Below, piece by piece: positions 54,794 through 62,991 of a stretch of 64,000 bases of DNA. Source of the stretch: Candidatus Omnitrophota bacterium (GTDB lineage Bacteria; Omnitrophota; Gorgyraeia; Pluralincolimonadales; Pluralincolimonadaceae); the NCBI GenBank assembly GCA_028716565.1, contig JAQUPL010000002.1, positions 194,989 to 258,988 of the forward strand, read 5' to 3'. The stretch's first letter is position 1. Every line of letters begins with the position of its first letter. The notes under the pieces are model-generated. The model made no database searches. It was not told the origin of the DNA and was given only the letters and a program-made list of their open reading frames with translations. The translations under genes were made by a program, and so were the position numbers.

Positions 54794-56161
54794 ATGTTTA
54801 AGAAAATAACGGCTTTTCTCGCGATATTCACGATAACGATAGGAGTGTCCTGCCTGGCGTTTGCCCAGGATCCCAGCGGCGCGGAGACGCTGGCGCAGAA
54901 CCCGAACTCTCCGGTCGATTACGTATGGGTGCTCGTCTGCGGCTTCCTGGTATTCTTCATGCAGGCCGGGTTTGCGATGGTGGAGGCCGGTTTCTGCAGG
55001 GCCAAGAACGCCACAAACCTCATGGCAAAGAACACTATAGACTTTGTCACTGCGTCGCTTATTTTCATGGCTTTTGGCTTCGCCTTCATGATGGGAAATG
55101 ACTACAACGGCATCATAGGTACTTCCGGATGGTTTCTTCACGGCCCGAACTATGATGTCGGAAGATACCTCCTGTTCTTCTGGCAGTTGGTATTTGCCGG
55201 GACCGCAGCTACGATAGTCTCCGGAGCTATCGCGGAAAGGCTGAAATTTAAAGCCTATTTCCTTTACAGTATCATGGTCACGGCCGTTATATATCCAATA
55301 TATGGGCATTGGGTATGGGGTGGAGGATGGCTTTCCAAACTGCCTTTTGGGATCGGTCATGTTGATTTTGCCGGCTCCGGAGTTGTCCATGCGATAGGCG
55401 GTTTTGTAGGTCTTGCGGGTGCCATGGTCCTCGGGCCGCGTTTCGGAAAATTCAACAAGGAAAGAAAGCCAAGGGCTATACCGGGCCACAGCATAACCCT
55501 CGCCGCGCTAGGCACTTTTATCCTCTGGTTCGGATGGTTTGGGTTCAATCCCGGATCGACTTTTTCCGCTCACCAGCTCAGGATAGCGGTGATAGCCGTC
55601 AACACCAATCTCGCCGCAGCGGCCGGCGCGGCAGTTGCAATATTGCTTGTTTTCATGAAGACGAAGAAATGGGATGTCGGCATGATGCTTAACGGTTGCC
55701 TTGCAGGCCTTGTCGCTGTTACCGCACCCTGCGCTTGGATCGAGGCGTGGGCCGCGGTTGTCATAGGTGCCATCGCCGGAACGATTGTAGTCGTCGGCGT
55801 CTATTTCTGGGAGAACCGCGGTGTGGATGATCCGGTAGGCGCTGTCAGCGTCCACGGGTTAAACGGTGTCTGGGGCTTGATAAGCGTCGGGCTGTTTGCC
55901 GACGGAACATACGGTCTGGGTTCTACTTCAGCGCCTTTCGTAAAGGGCCTGTTCTATGGTGGCGGGTACGGCCAGCTGATAGCCCAGCTGATAGGCGCTG
56001 CCGTATGCGTTTCATGGGCGTTCATATTGGGCTTTATCGGGTTCAAATTGATGGATAGGTTATTCGGCATAAGAGTTTCGCCGCAGGAGGAACTCAAGGG
56101 CTTGGATATTCCTGAGCACGGGACGCCCGCTTATCCCAATTTCTATACGTATAGTAATTAG
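54794..56161 (+). CDS. amt: Ammonium transporter (Amt family) with cleavable signal peptide
   Basis: Amt signature regions (DFAGSGVVH, GFNPGS); 455 aa. Confidence 0.9.
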   Translation: MFKKITAFLAIFTITIGVSCLAFAQDPSGAETLAQNPNSPVDYVWVLVCGFLVFFMQAGFAMVEAGFCRAKNATNLMAKNTIDFVTASLIFMAFGFAFMMGNDYNGIIGTSGWFLHGPNYDVGRYLLFFWQLVFAGTAATIVSGAIAERLKFKAYFLYSIMVTAVIYPIYGHWVWGGGWLSKLPFGIGHVDFAGSGVVHAIGGFVGLAGAMVLGPRFGKFNKERKPRAIPGHSITLAALGTFILWFGWFGFNPGSTFSAHQLRIAVIAVNTNLAAAAGAAVAILLVFMKTKKWDVGMMLNGCLAGLVAVTAPCAWIEAWAAVVIGAIAGTIVVVGVYFWENRGVDDPVGAVSVHGLNGVWGLISVGLFADGTYGLGSTSAPFVKGLFYGGGYGQLIAQLIGAAVCVSWAFILGFIGFKLMDRLFGIRVSPQEELKGLDIPEHGTPAYPNFYTYSN

Positions 56162-56175
56162 AGAGGGACAAAAAG

Positions 56176-56514
56176 ATGAAGAAGATAGAAGCGGTTGTCC
56201 GCATAGAAAAACTGGAAGAGATCACTGAGGCCCTGGATAAGTTCGGTTATCCCGGAATGATGGTCACTCATATAGAGGGGCATGGCCGCCAGAAAGGGCT
56301 CGCGGAGCAGTTCAGGGGAAGGGAGTATAAGGTAAATTTCCTTCCTAAGATAAAGATCGAGATCGTGGTCAAGGATTCCGATGTCGAGAAGCTGGTCAAG
56401 GCGATAACCGGTATCGCGAGGACCGGCGAGATCGGAGACGGAAAGATATTCATATATGCCGTCGAAGATACAGTCAGGATACGCACCGGTGAAAAAGGCG
56501 AAAGCGCTATATAG
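56176..56514 (+). CDS. glnK: Nitrogen regulatory protein P-II
   Basis: MKKIEAVVR...GRQKG...T-loop RGREYKV; no conserved Tyr51 equivalent is obvious, though the T-loop is present. 112 aa, adjacent to amt. Confidence 0.9.
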   Translation: MKKIEAVVRIEKLEEITEALDKFGYPGMMVTHIEGHGRQKGLAEQFRGREYKVNFLPKIKIEIVVKDSDVEKLVKAITGIARTGEIGDGKIFIYAVEDTVRIRTGEKGESAI

Positions 56515-56517
56515 GCC

Positions 56518-56697
56518 ATGGTTGATAAAGAATTGATAGAGAAGATCCGCAGGCTGAAGGAGGACAGGGGCTATACTCTCTATGATCTGGCGAAAAGGGT
56601 CGACATTCAGCCGTCGACCCTTGAGCGCTGGTTCAAGACAAACCGCATAAACAGGATTTATGCCGAGACGGTAAGGGTGAGGCTGGGGATCAAGTAA
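56518..56697 (+). CDS. 59-aa helix-turn-helix protein between glnK-1 and amt-2
   Basis: MVDKELIEKIRRLKEDRGYTLYDLAKRVDIQPSTLERWFKTNR...; YTLYDLAKRVDIQPSTLERW is a classic HTH. It starts 4 nt after the glnK stop and is not in the ORF track (under 60 aa). Confidence 0.45.
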   Translation: MVDKELIEKIRRLKEDRGYTLYDLAKRVDIQPSTLERWFKTNRINRIYAETVRVRLGIK

Positions 56698-56759
56698 TTT
56701 TTTGTCGCTATTATCCCAATTGGTTACTCAGTTTGCTAAGCAAAAGAGAGGAGACGAAA

Positions 56760-58097
56760 ATGGTAAAAATTATGAAGAGCCTGCCGTTCTGGTTCTTCGC
56801 CGCTTTCCTGTTTTTTACAGTGATCGCGACAGTTGTCGCGGCCGAGGAAGTAGCGCCTGCGGTGAAAGTCGACTCGGGCGATACGGCGTGGCTCCTTATG
56901 TCAGCTGCGCTGGTATTATTGATGACACCTGCCCTGGCATTTTTCTACGGCGGCCTCGTGCGAAGGAAGAATGTGCTTTCGATCCTGATGCAGTGTTTTA
57001 TGGTGATGTGCCTGATAACAATCCAGTGGGTACTTTTTGGCTATAGCCTCGCATTCGGTCCGGATGTCAAAGGCGTCATCGGGAGCCTGGCGTGGTTCGG
57101 GTTAAAAGGCGTGGGCCTCGACCCCAATCCGGCGTATGCCGCCACGGTCCCCCACCAGGCGTTCATGATATTCCAGGGTATGTTCGCTATCATCACACCT
57201 GCCTTGATATTGGGCGCGTTCGCCGAGAGGATGAAGTTCTCGACGTTCTGCGTATTTGCGCTTGTATGGGCGACTCTTGTATATGATCCGGTCTGCCATT
57301 GGATCTGGGGTGTCGGCGGTTTCCTGAGGGCCGACGGGGCGCTTGATTTCGCGGGAGGCACGGTCGTCCACATCAATGCCGGCGTCGCAGCCCTGGCGAG
57401 CGCCCTGGTATTGGGAAAACGCAAAGGATACCCGGACAAGATATCGCCTCCGCATAACCTTCCGTTCGCGGTATTGGGCGCGGGGTTATTGTGGTTCGGG
57501 TGGTTCGGGTTCAACTCAGGCAGTGCCTTAGGCTCGGGCAGCCTGGCGACTAGCGCTTTCGTGGTTACCCACATAGGAGCCGCCTCGGCCGGACTTACGT
57601 GGGCGCTTCTGGATTGGATATTCAGTTCCCGTTCGACGGTATTGGGTATTATTACCGGCGCCGTCGCCGGACTTGTCGCGATAACCCCGGCTTCGGGTTT
57701 TGTGAACCCGGTCGGAGCGATATGGATAGGCATCGGCGTATCGGTCTTTTGCTATATGGCCGTCGCATTACTCAAGGTGAAATTCGGTTACGACGATTCC
57801 CTTGACGCTTTCGGTGTCCACGGGATCGGCGGCATGTGGGGAGCCCTGGCGACAGGCCTCTGGGCAACGAAGGCCGTAAACGCGTCCGGGAATAACGGGT
57901 TCTTCTACGGGAACCCGGCGCAATTCTTGATACAGTTCAAGGCTGTTATTATTACCGCGGTCTATTCGTTCGTCATGACCTTTGTGATACTTAAGGCGCT
58001 TAACGCGGTGATGGGCGTGCGCGCCTCCGAGCAGGATGAGCGCATCGGCCTGGACCTCACACAACATCGCGAAGCCGGATATACGGTATTGGACTAA
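56760..58097 (+). CDS. amt: Ammonium transporter (second copy)
   Basis: Start set at the ATG at 56760, which follows the RBS AGAGAGGAG; the track ORF begins at a TTG at 56733. Signal peptide plus Amt core. Confidence 0.9.
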   Translation: MVKIMKSLPFWFFAAFLFFTVIATVVAAEEVAPAVKVDSGDTAWLLMSAALVLLMTPALAFFYGGLVRRKNVLSILMQCFMVMCLITIQWVLFGYSLAFGPDVKGVIGSLAWFGLKGVGLDPNPAYAATVPHQAFMIFQGMFAIITPALILGAFAERMKFSTFCVFALVWATLVYDPVCHWIWGVGGFLRADGALDFAGGTVVHINAGVAALASALVLGKRKGYPDKISPPHNLPFAVLGAGLLWFGWFGFNSGSALGSGSLATSAFVVTHIGAASAGLTWALLDWIFSSRSTVLGIITGAVAGLVAITPASGFVNPVGAIWIGIGVSVFCYMAVALLKVKFGYDDSLDAFGVHGIGGMWGALATGLWATKAVNASGNNGFFYGNPAQFLIQFKAVIITAVYSFVMTFVILKALNAVMGVRASEQDERIGLDLTQHREAGYTVLD

Positions 58098-58105
58098 CAG
58101 GGAGA

Positions 58106-58453
58106 ATGAAAATGAAATATATTATCGCGATAATCCAGCCTGACAGGCTCGATGAGGTACTGGCAAAGTTGGAAGAAAAAGAGATACACCTGGTCACCGT
58201 GACCGGAGTTATGGGCCGCGGCCGCCAAAAAGGCATCTCCGAGGTCTACAGGAGCCATAAGGAGGCGGGAAGCCTGCTTAAAAAGGTCAAGCTCGAGATA
58301 GCCGTAAACGACGATTTCGTCAAGCCCGCGGTGGAAGCGATAAAGTCCGGCGCCCACACCGGCCACATCGGGGACGGGAAGATATTTATTCTCGATTTGC
58401 CGGAATGTATTCGGATACGTACAGGCGAGAAAGGAAATCCCGCAATCGGATAG
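58106..58453 (+). CDS. glnK: Nitrogen regulatory protein P-II (second copy)
   Basis: P-II fold with T-loop RGRQKGISEVYRSHK; 115 aa. Confidence 0.9.
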   Translation: MKMKYIIAIIQPDRLDEVLAKLEEKEIHLVTVTGVMGRGRQKGISEVYRSHKEAGSLLKKVKLEIAVNDDFVKPAVEAIKSGAHTGHIGDGKIFILDLPECIRIRTGEKGNPAIG

Positions 58454-58486
58454 GTTTAAGCGGGTGACTGCCGACGGAGCCCTTGG

Positions 58487-58509
58487 CCCTGTTGCCCGAA
58501 GCAACAGGG
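58487..58509 (+). other. Perfect 9-bp stem-loop CCCTGTTGC-CCGAA-GCAACAGGG between glnK-2 and glnA
   Basis: GC-rich hairpin without a following T tract; possibly an RNA processing or pause element. Confidence 0.35.
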
Positions 58510-58570
58510 ACGAGGTGCTCGGCAGGCAGGACCCGCCCTAGCGAACCGATTGTTCGGGAGAGATTAAGAT

Positions 58571-58613
58571 TTAACATTTGCGTAATATGGATTTAACATT
58601 CATTTTGTATACT
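58571..58613 (+). promoter_or_regulatory. Second copy of the phased-repeat activator site (TTAAC 58571, GTAAT 58582, TTAAC 58593) plus a TATACT -10 at 58608..58613, upstream of glnA
   Basis: Same spacing and the same 13-mer GGATTTAACATTC as at 53708..53720; the -10 lies 10 bp after the last half-site. The glnA RBS AAGGGAGG is at 58628..58635. Confidence 0.45.
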
Positions 58614-58644
58614 TTTGGCATAAAAATAAGGGAGGTAAGCCAGC

Positions 58645-60156
58645 ATGAAAGGGAAAGCAGTAAAGAAGGAGATAGTGGAAGTGAAGACGAAGAATCCGCT
58701 CGCGAACGGCTCGTTTGACGACAAGGCCGCGCGAGATGTGATGAAACTCATCAAAGACAAGAAGATCGATATTATCGACCTGAAGTTCAACGACCTGCCG
58801 GGGCTGTGGCAGCATTTCTCGATACCGGCATCCGAACTGCTCGAGATGGACGATATTACCCGTTCCATCTGGGTCGACGGCATCGGGTTTGACGGTTCTT
58901 CGATCCGCGGTTTCCAGAAGATACAGGAATCGGACATGATCATGATACCGGACCCGGCTACGGCGGTCATAGACCCGGTATGCGAAGTCCCGACCTTAAG
59001 CATCATCTGCGACATCTATGACCCGTTGACGCGCAAACCGTACAGCCGCGATCCACGTTATATCGCGAAGAAGGCGGAGAAATATTTGAAGGAGACCGGC
59101 ATTGCCGATTCCGTATATTTCGGGCCCGAAGCCGAATTCTTCATCTTTAACGATATCCGCTTCGACCAGAACGAGAATTCGGGCTACTATTTCATCGACT
59201 CGGTCGAGGGCGACTGGAACACCGGCAAGAAAGAAGACCCGAACCTTGGGTACAAGATACGCTACAAGGAAGGGTATTTCCCTGTCCCGCCGCACGATTC
59301 GCTCCAGGACTTAAGGAGCCGCATAATCCTCAAGATGAAGGAAGCGGGAGTGAACATTGAAGTCCATCATCATGAAGTCGCCACAGCCGGCCAGTGTGAG
59401 ATCGACATAAAGTTCGACAAGCTGACCAAAATGGCCGACAGCCTATTGATGTACAAATACATCATAAAGAACATGGCAAAAAAAGCCGGTATGGTCGCGA
59501 CGTTCATGCCGAAACCGCTCTTCGCGGATAACGGCTCAGGCATGCATTGCCACCAGAGCCTTTGGAAGAACGGCACGAACCTTTTCTTTGACAAGAACGG
59601 CTACGCGCTCTTAAGCCAGACCGCCAAATATTATATCGGCGGACTTTTAAAGCACGCGAACAGCCTCATGGCCTTCTGCGCACCGACGACAAACTCGTAC
59701 AAGAGGCTCGTCCCGGGCTACGAAGCGCCTGTCAACCTCGTCTATTCTGCGCGCAACCGTTCGGCAGCTGTCCGCATCCCGATGTACAGCGACAGCCCGA
59801 AATCCAAGAGGATCGAGTTCAGGCCTCCTGACCCGTCATGCAACGGCTACATCGCCTTCAGCGCAATGCTCATGGCCGGGTTGGACGGTATCATCAACAA
59901 GATAGACCCGGGCAAGCCGAACGACAAGGACCTCTTCGAATTAAGCGAAGAGGAAATGGCTAAAATACCCACGGTCCCGTCGTCTTTGCGCAGGGCTATC
60001 GACGCTTTGGAAGCGGACCACGAGTACCTGCTTAGAGGCGGGGTATTCACCAAGGATGTCATAGACATTTGGCTTGAATACAAGAGGAAGAAAGAGATAG
60101 ATGCCGTGAGAATGCGTCCGCATCCTTACGAGTTCTACCTGTATTTCGATATTTAA
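58645..60156 (+). CDS. glnA: Glutamine synthetase type I-beta
   Basis: Collinear with E. coli GlnA (DIRFD..., [23 protein letters not shown]). It carries a ~30-aa N-terminal extension. The adenylylation-loop Tyr is replaced by Phe ([12 protein letters not shown]). Confidence 0.9.
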   Translation: MKGKAVKKEIVEVKTKNPLANGSFDDKAARDVMKLIKDKKIDIIDLKFNDLPGLWQHFSIPASELLEMDDITRSIWVDGIGFDGSSIRGFQKIQESDMIMIPDPATAVIDPVCEVPTLSIICDIYDPLTRKPYSRDPRYIAKKAEKYLKETGIADSVYFGPEAEFFIFNDIRFDQNENSGYYFIDSVEGDWNTGKKEDPNLGYKIRYKEGYFPVPPHDSLQDLRSRIILKMKEAGVNIEVHHHEVATAGQCEIDIKFDKLTKMADSLLMYKYIIKNMAKKAGMVATFMPKPLFADNGSGMHCHQSLWKNGTNLFFDKNGYALLSQTAKYYIGGLLKHANSLMAFCAPTTNSYKRLVPGYEAPVNLVYSARNRSAAVRIPMYSDSPKSKRIEFRPPDPSCNGYIAFSAMLMAGLDGIINKIDPGKPNDKDLFELSEEEMAKIPTVPSSLRRAIDALEADHEYLLRGGVFTKDVIDIWLEYKRKKEIDAVRMRPHPYEFYLYFDI

Positions 60157-60163
60157 GTTTATA

Positions 60164-60181
60164 GTAGAGGGGATCCTCTAC
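60164..60181. terminator. Hairpin GTAGAGG-GGAT-CCTCTAC between convergent glnA and a minus-strand membrane protein gene
   Basis: 7-bp stem with AT-rich flanks on both sides; candidate bidirectional terminator. Confidence 0.4.
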
Positions 60182-60184
60182 CAG

Positions 60185-61021
60185 TTATTCGAGAGGCGGT
60201 TTATAAGTAGGGGCGGTTCCTAAAGGATTGGCTGGCTGCCCACCCCCAATGTTGGGCGCAGGAGCTGCCCCTTCTTCTTTTTTTGAAAATGCCAGATAAC
60301 CCATCGTGAAGAGCCCTACGACGGGAATGACCGTAATAATCCCGATCCATCCTTCCTTGCCGCGCGCCAAGGCGATCTTGTACCAGAGGAGACCGAAGAG
60401 GAATAGGTAGCATAACGGCCCTAACGGCGGTATTAATCCGGAAAGGAGCAGCAACAGCCAGGTATACCGCACATTCCCGATATTGCATGCCAGGAATAAG
60501 TTTGCGATGGGTATCCAGGCCATCCATCCATTTTGGGTATCCGTTTTCCCTGCGATAACCTGAAGGCATACGGCCAAGTAGATGTAATAGATCAGGGAAC
60601 CGGTTATTATGACGCCGAGAAATGCCATTAGAAACGCTATTATGACGGCTAACAAAGCCTTGCTTTCTTTATCTGATAGTTTGTTTTCAGGGTTTTTTCC
60701 TGAAGGGCCCGATATCTTTTCTTCCTGCGGCCCGCTTGGCGGCGTCGCCATCGATCCGGTCACAGGATTTGCCGCCGCCGGGACGATTTCAGCCGGAGGC
60801 ACGGCAGGCTTAAATTCCACTGCCTGCCCGTTTATCTCCTGTATCTCGGAGAGGTCGTATGTCATTTCGGTAACGCCGTAAATATCGACGGTTATGGTAT
60901 CGTTGGTTATCGCCTTAATATTCCCCTCGATCTTCTTTCCGGACCTGAAAGTTACCGTATCCGCCCAAGCGCTCACCGCGAACAATACGACCGCCGCGCA
61001 TATGATCAACGCCTTTTTCAT
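60185..61021 (-). CDS. Hypothetical membrane protein (signal peptide, small beta-rich domain, Pro/Ala/Gly linker, C-terminal multi-TM region)
   Basis: Start set at MKKALIICAAVVLFAVSAWA with an AGGAGG RBS; the track ORF extends to 61096. No confident family assignment. Confidence 0.55.
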   Translation of the reverse strand: MKKALIICAAVVLFAVSAWADTVTFRSGKKIEGNIKAITNDTITVDIYGVTEMTYDLSEIQEINGQAVEFKPAVPPAEIVPAAANPVTGSMATPPSGPQEEKISGPSGKNPENKLSDKESKALLAVIIAFLMAFLGVIITGSLIYYIYLAVCLQVIAGKTDTQNGWMAWIPIANLFLACNIGNVRYTWLLLLLSGLIPPLGPLCYLFLFGLLWYKIALARGKEGWIGIITVIPVVGLFTMGYLAFSKKEEGAAPAPNIGGGQPANPLGTAPTYKPPLE

Positions 61022-61089
61022 TACTGCCTCCTGTATGGTTAAATTGTATCCAAACTTCCCCTTGAAGGCAAGCACTTTTACTGGTATAC

Positions 61090-61188
61090 CCTGCAATTTA
61101 ACGTCTCGCGAAGAGCCGGTTTATGACGCAGTATGCTATAACTCGCTGCGAGTAATAAAGAAAGGCCGAGAGAGACTTAAATTGCAGG
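61090..61188 (-). repeat. Copy B of the ~100-nt palindromic repeat element (inverted relative to copy A), terminal inverted repeats CCTGCAATTT / AAATTGCAGG
   Basis: The reverse complement aligns to 53558..53658. The terminal inverted repeats differ from copy A (TTGAA versus TGCAA) yet stay perfectly self-complementary, and the inner stem shows a C:G to T:A exchange. It sits in the divergent region between the membrane protein gene and nadE. Confidence 0.5.
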
Positions 61189-61257
61189 AAAAAGGGGCAA
61201 AATTCTTTTCTTGCATTTTTGGAAAAATTTGATATAATAAGGGGCTAAATTAGCGAG

Positions 61258-62976
61258 GTGAAAATGGATCCGATCCGCTTTGGCATAGCCCAAATGAACT
61301 CCACCGTGGGTGACCTTCAGGGCAACAAAGAGAAGATAATAAAATTCATAAGTGACGCAAGATCATTGGGTTGCGACATAGTAATCCTCCCGGAGCTCGC
61401 CATAACCGGTTATCCGCCCGAAGACCTCCTCCTTAAGCCCCAGTTTGCGGATGACGCCGTGAAAGCGCTTAACGAAATAGTCCACAAGACCGATAATATA
61501 ATAGTTATAGTGGGTTGCCTCGACAAAGCCAAGGATGGGCTGTACAATTCAGCCGCTCTTATTCGCGACAAGGAACTTATCCACATATACCATAAGATAC
61601 TCCTCCCGAATTATGGCGTATTTGACGAAAAACGCTATTTCAAGCCCGGAAACGAGTCTTTTGCCTTCAAGTTCGAAGGCCTCAAGATCGGGCTGAATAT
61701 CTGCGAGGACATATGGGAATGTTGCGGCCCCGCGAGCTTTGAGGCGGTCGACATGGGCGCGCAGGTCATGATCAATATTTCGGCATCGCCTTACCACGCC
61801 GGCAAGATACAGGCGCGCGAGAAGATGCTTGTGGAGAGGGCCCAGCAGACCGCCGCTATCGTGATCTACGATAACATGGTGGGCGGCCAGGATGAGCTCG
61901 TCTTCGATGGCGGGAGCATGGTTATAGGATGGAAAGGCAGCGTTTTAACGCGCGGAAAGCAGTTCGAAGAGGATATCGCGCTCTTCGACCTCAATCCCGA
62001 AGAATATCTTAAATACAGGAAGGTCCCAAAGAGGAAGCCGGCGGTAAATAATTACAGGGTAAAGGAGTTATCGCTGAAGAGGTGCGAGGTAAAGATAAGG
62101 CCGCCTTTCCCGCCGCGCCGCCTCGAAAAATTAGGCAGCATAGAGGAGATATACAAGGCGCTTGTCCTGGGCACCAGGGATTATATGACGAAGAATGGCT
62201 TCAAGAAAGCGGTCGTCGGCGTAAGCGGGGGGATAGATTCGGCCTTGACCGCGTGCATAGCCGTCGACGCGCTCGGAAAGGATAACGTCGCCGCGGTCAC
62301 GATGCCGTCCATGCATACAAAGGAAGAGACGCGCGTGGACGCCATAGCCGTCGCGAAGAATTTAGGCCTAAAGACGGCGGCCATACCCATAAATACCATC
62401 TACCAGGCATATATGCGTATGCTTAAGAAGGAATTCAAGGACGCCAAGACAGATATAACCGAAGAGAACCTGCAGGCGAGGATCCGCGGCAACATCCTCA
62501 TGGCGCTTTCGAATAAATTCAACTGGCTCGTCCTGACGACCGGGAACAAGAGCGAGATGTCGACGGGTTATTGCACCCTCTACGGCGATATGGCCGGGGG
62601 ATTTGCGGTCATAAAAGATGTATTAAAGACCGTCGTTTACCAGTTGGCAGAATACAGGAACGCGGTAGCCGGCAAGGAGGTCATACCGGTCACGACGATA
62701 AAGAGGGCGCCGACCGCCGAATTGAAACCCAACCAGAAAGACCAGGATACGCTTCCTCCTTACCACGTGCTGGACGATATCCTGAAGTTATATGTCGAAG
62801 AAGACAGGTCGGCGAGCGAGATCATCGCCCAGCGTTTCGACGCGAAGACGGTCAAGAAGGTCATCTCGAGGGTCGACAAGAACGAATATAAGAGGCGCCA
62901 GAGCCCGCCAGGGGTCAAGATAACCCCGAAGGCATTCGGCAAGGACCGCAGGGTCCCAATAACGAACAGATATTAA
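61258..62976 (+). CDS. nadE: Glutamine-dependent NAD+ synthetase (nitrilase domain plus NAD synthetase domain)
   Basis: N-terminal CN-hydrolase domain (IAQMNSTVGD..., ELAITGYPPEDL) and a C-terminal PP-loop (VVGVSGGIDSAL). Confidence 0.9.
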   Translation: MKMDPIRFGIAQMNSTVGDLQGNKEKIIKFISDARSLGCDIVILPELAITGYPPEDLLLKPQFADDAVKALNEIVHKTDNIIVIVGCLDKAKDGLYNSAALIRDKELIHIYHKILLPNYGVFDEKRYFKPGNESFAFKFEGLKIGLNICEDIWECCGPASFEAVDMGAQVMINISASPYHAGKIQAREKMLVERAQQTAAIVIYDNMVGGQDELVFDGGSMVIGWKGSVLTRGKQFEEDIALFDLNPEEYLKYRKVPKRKPAVNNYRVKELSLKRCEVKIRPPFPPRRLEKLGSIEEIYKALVLGTRDYMTKNGFKKAVVGVSGGIDSALTACIAVDALGKDNVAAVTMPSMHTKEETRVDAIAVAKNLGLKTAAIPINTIYQAYMRMLKKEFKDAKTDITEENLQARIRGNILMALSNKFNWLVLTTGNKSEMSTGYCTLYGDMAGGFAVIKDVLKTVVYQLAEYRNAVAGKEVIPVTTIKRAPTAELKPNQKDQDTLPPYHVLDDILKLYVEEDRSASEIIAQRFDAKTVKKVISRVDKNEYKRRQSPPGVKITPKAFGKDRRVPITNRY

Positions 62977-62991
62977 CGAAAGGAGATGCAG

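Noticed and set aside
60894-61232. 112-aa + strand ORF overlapping the membrane protein start and repeat copy B
   Set aside because: It overlaps the 5-prime end of the minus-strand gene and the intergenic repeat element and has no RBS. It is more plausibly non-coding.
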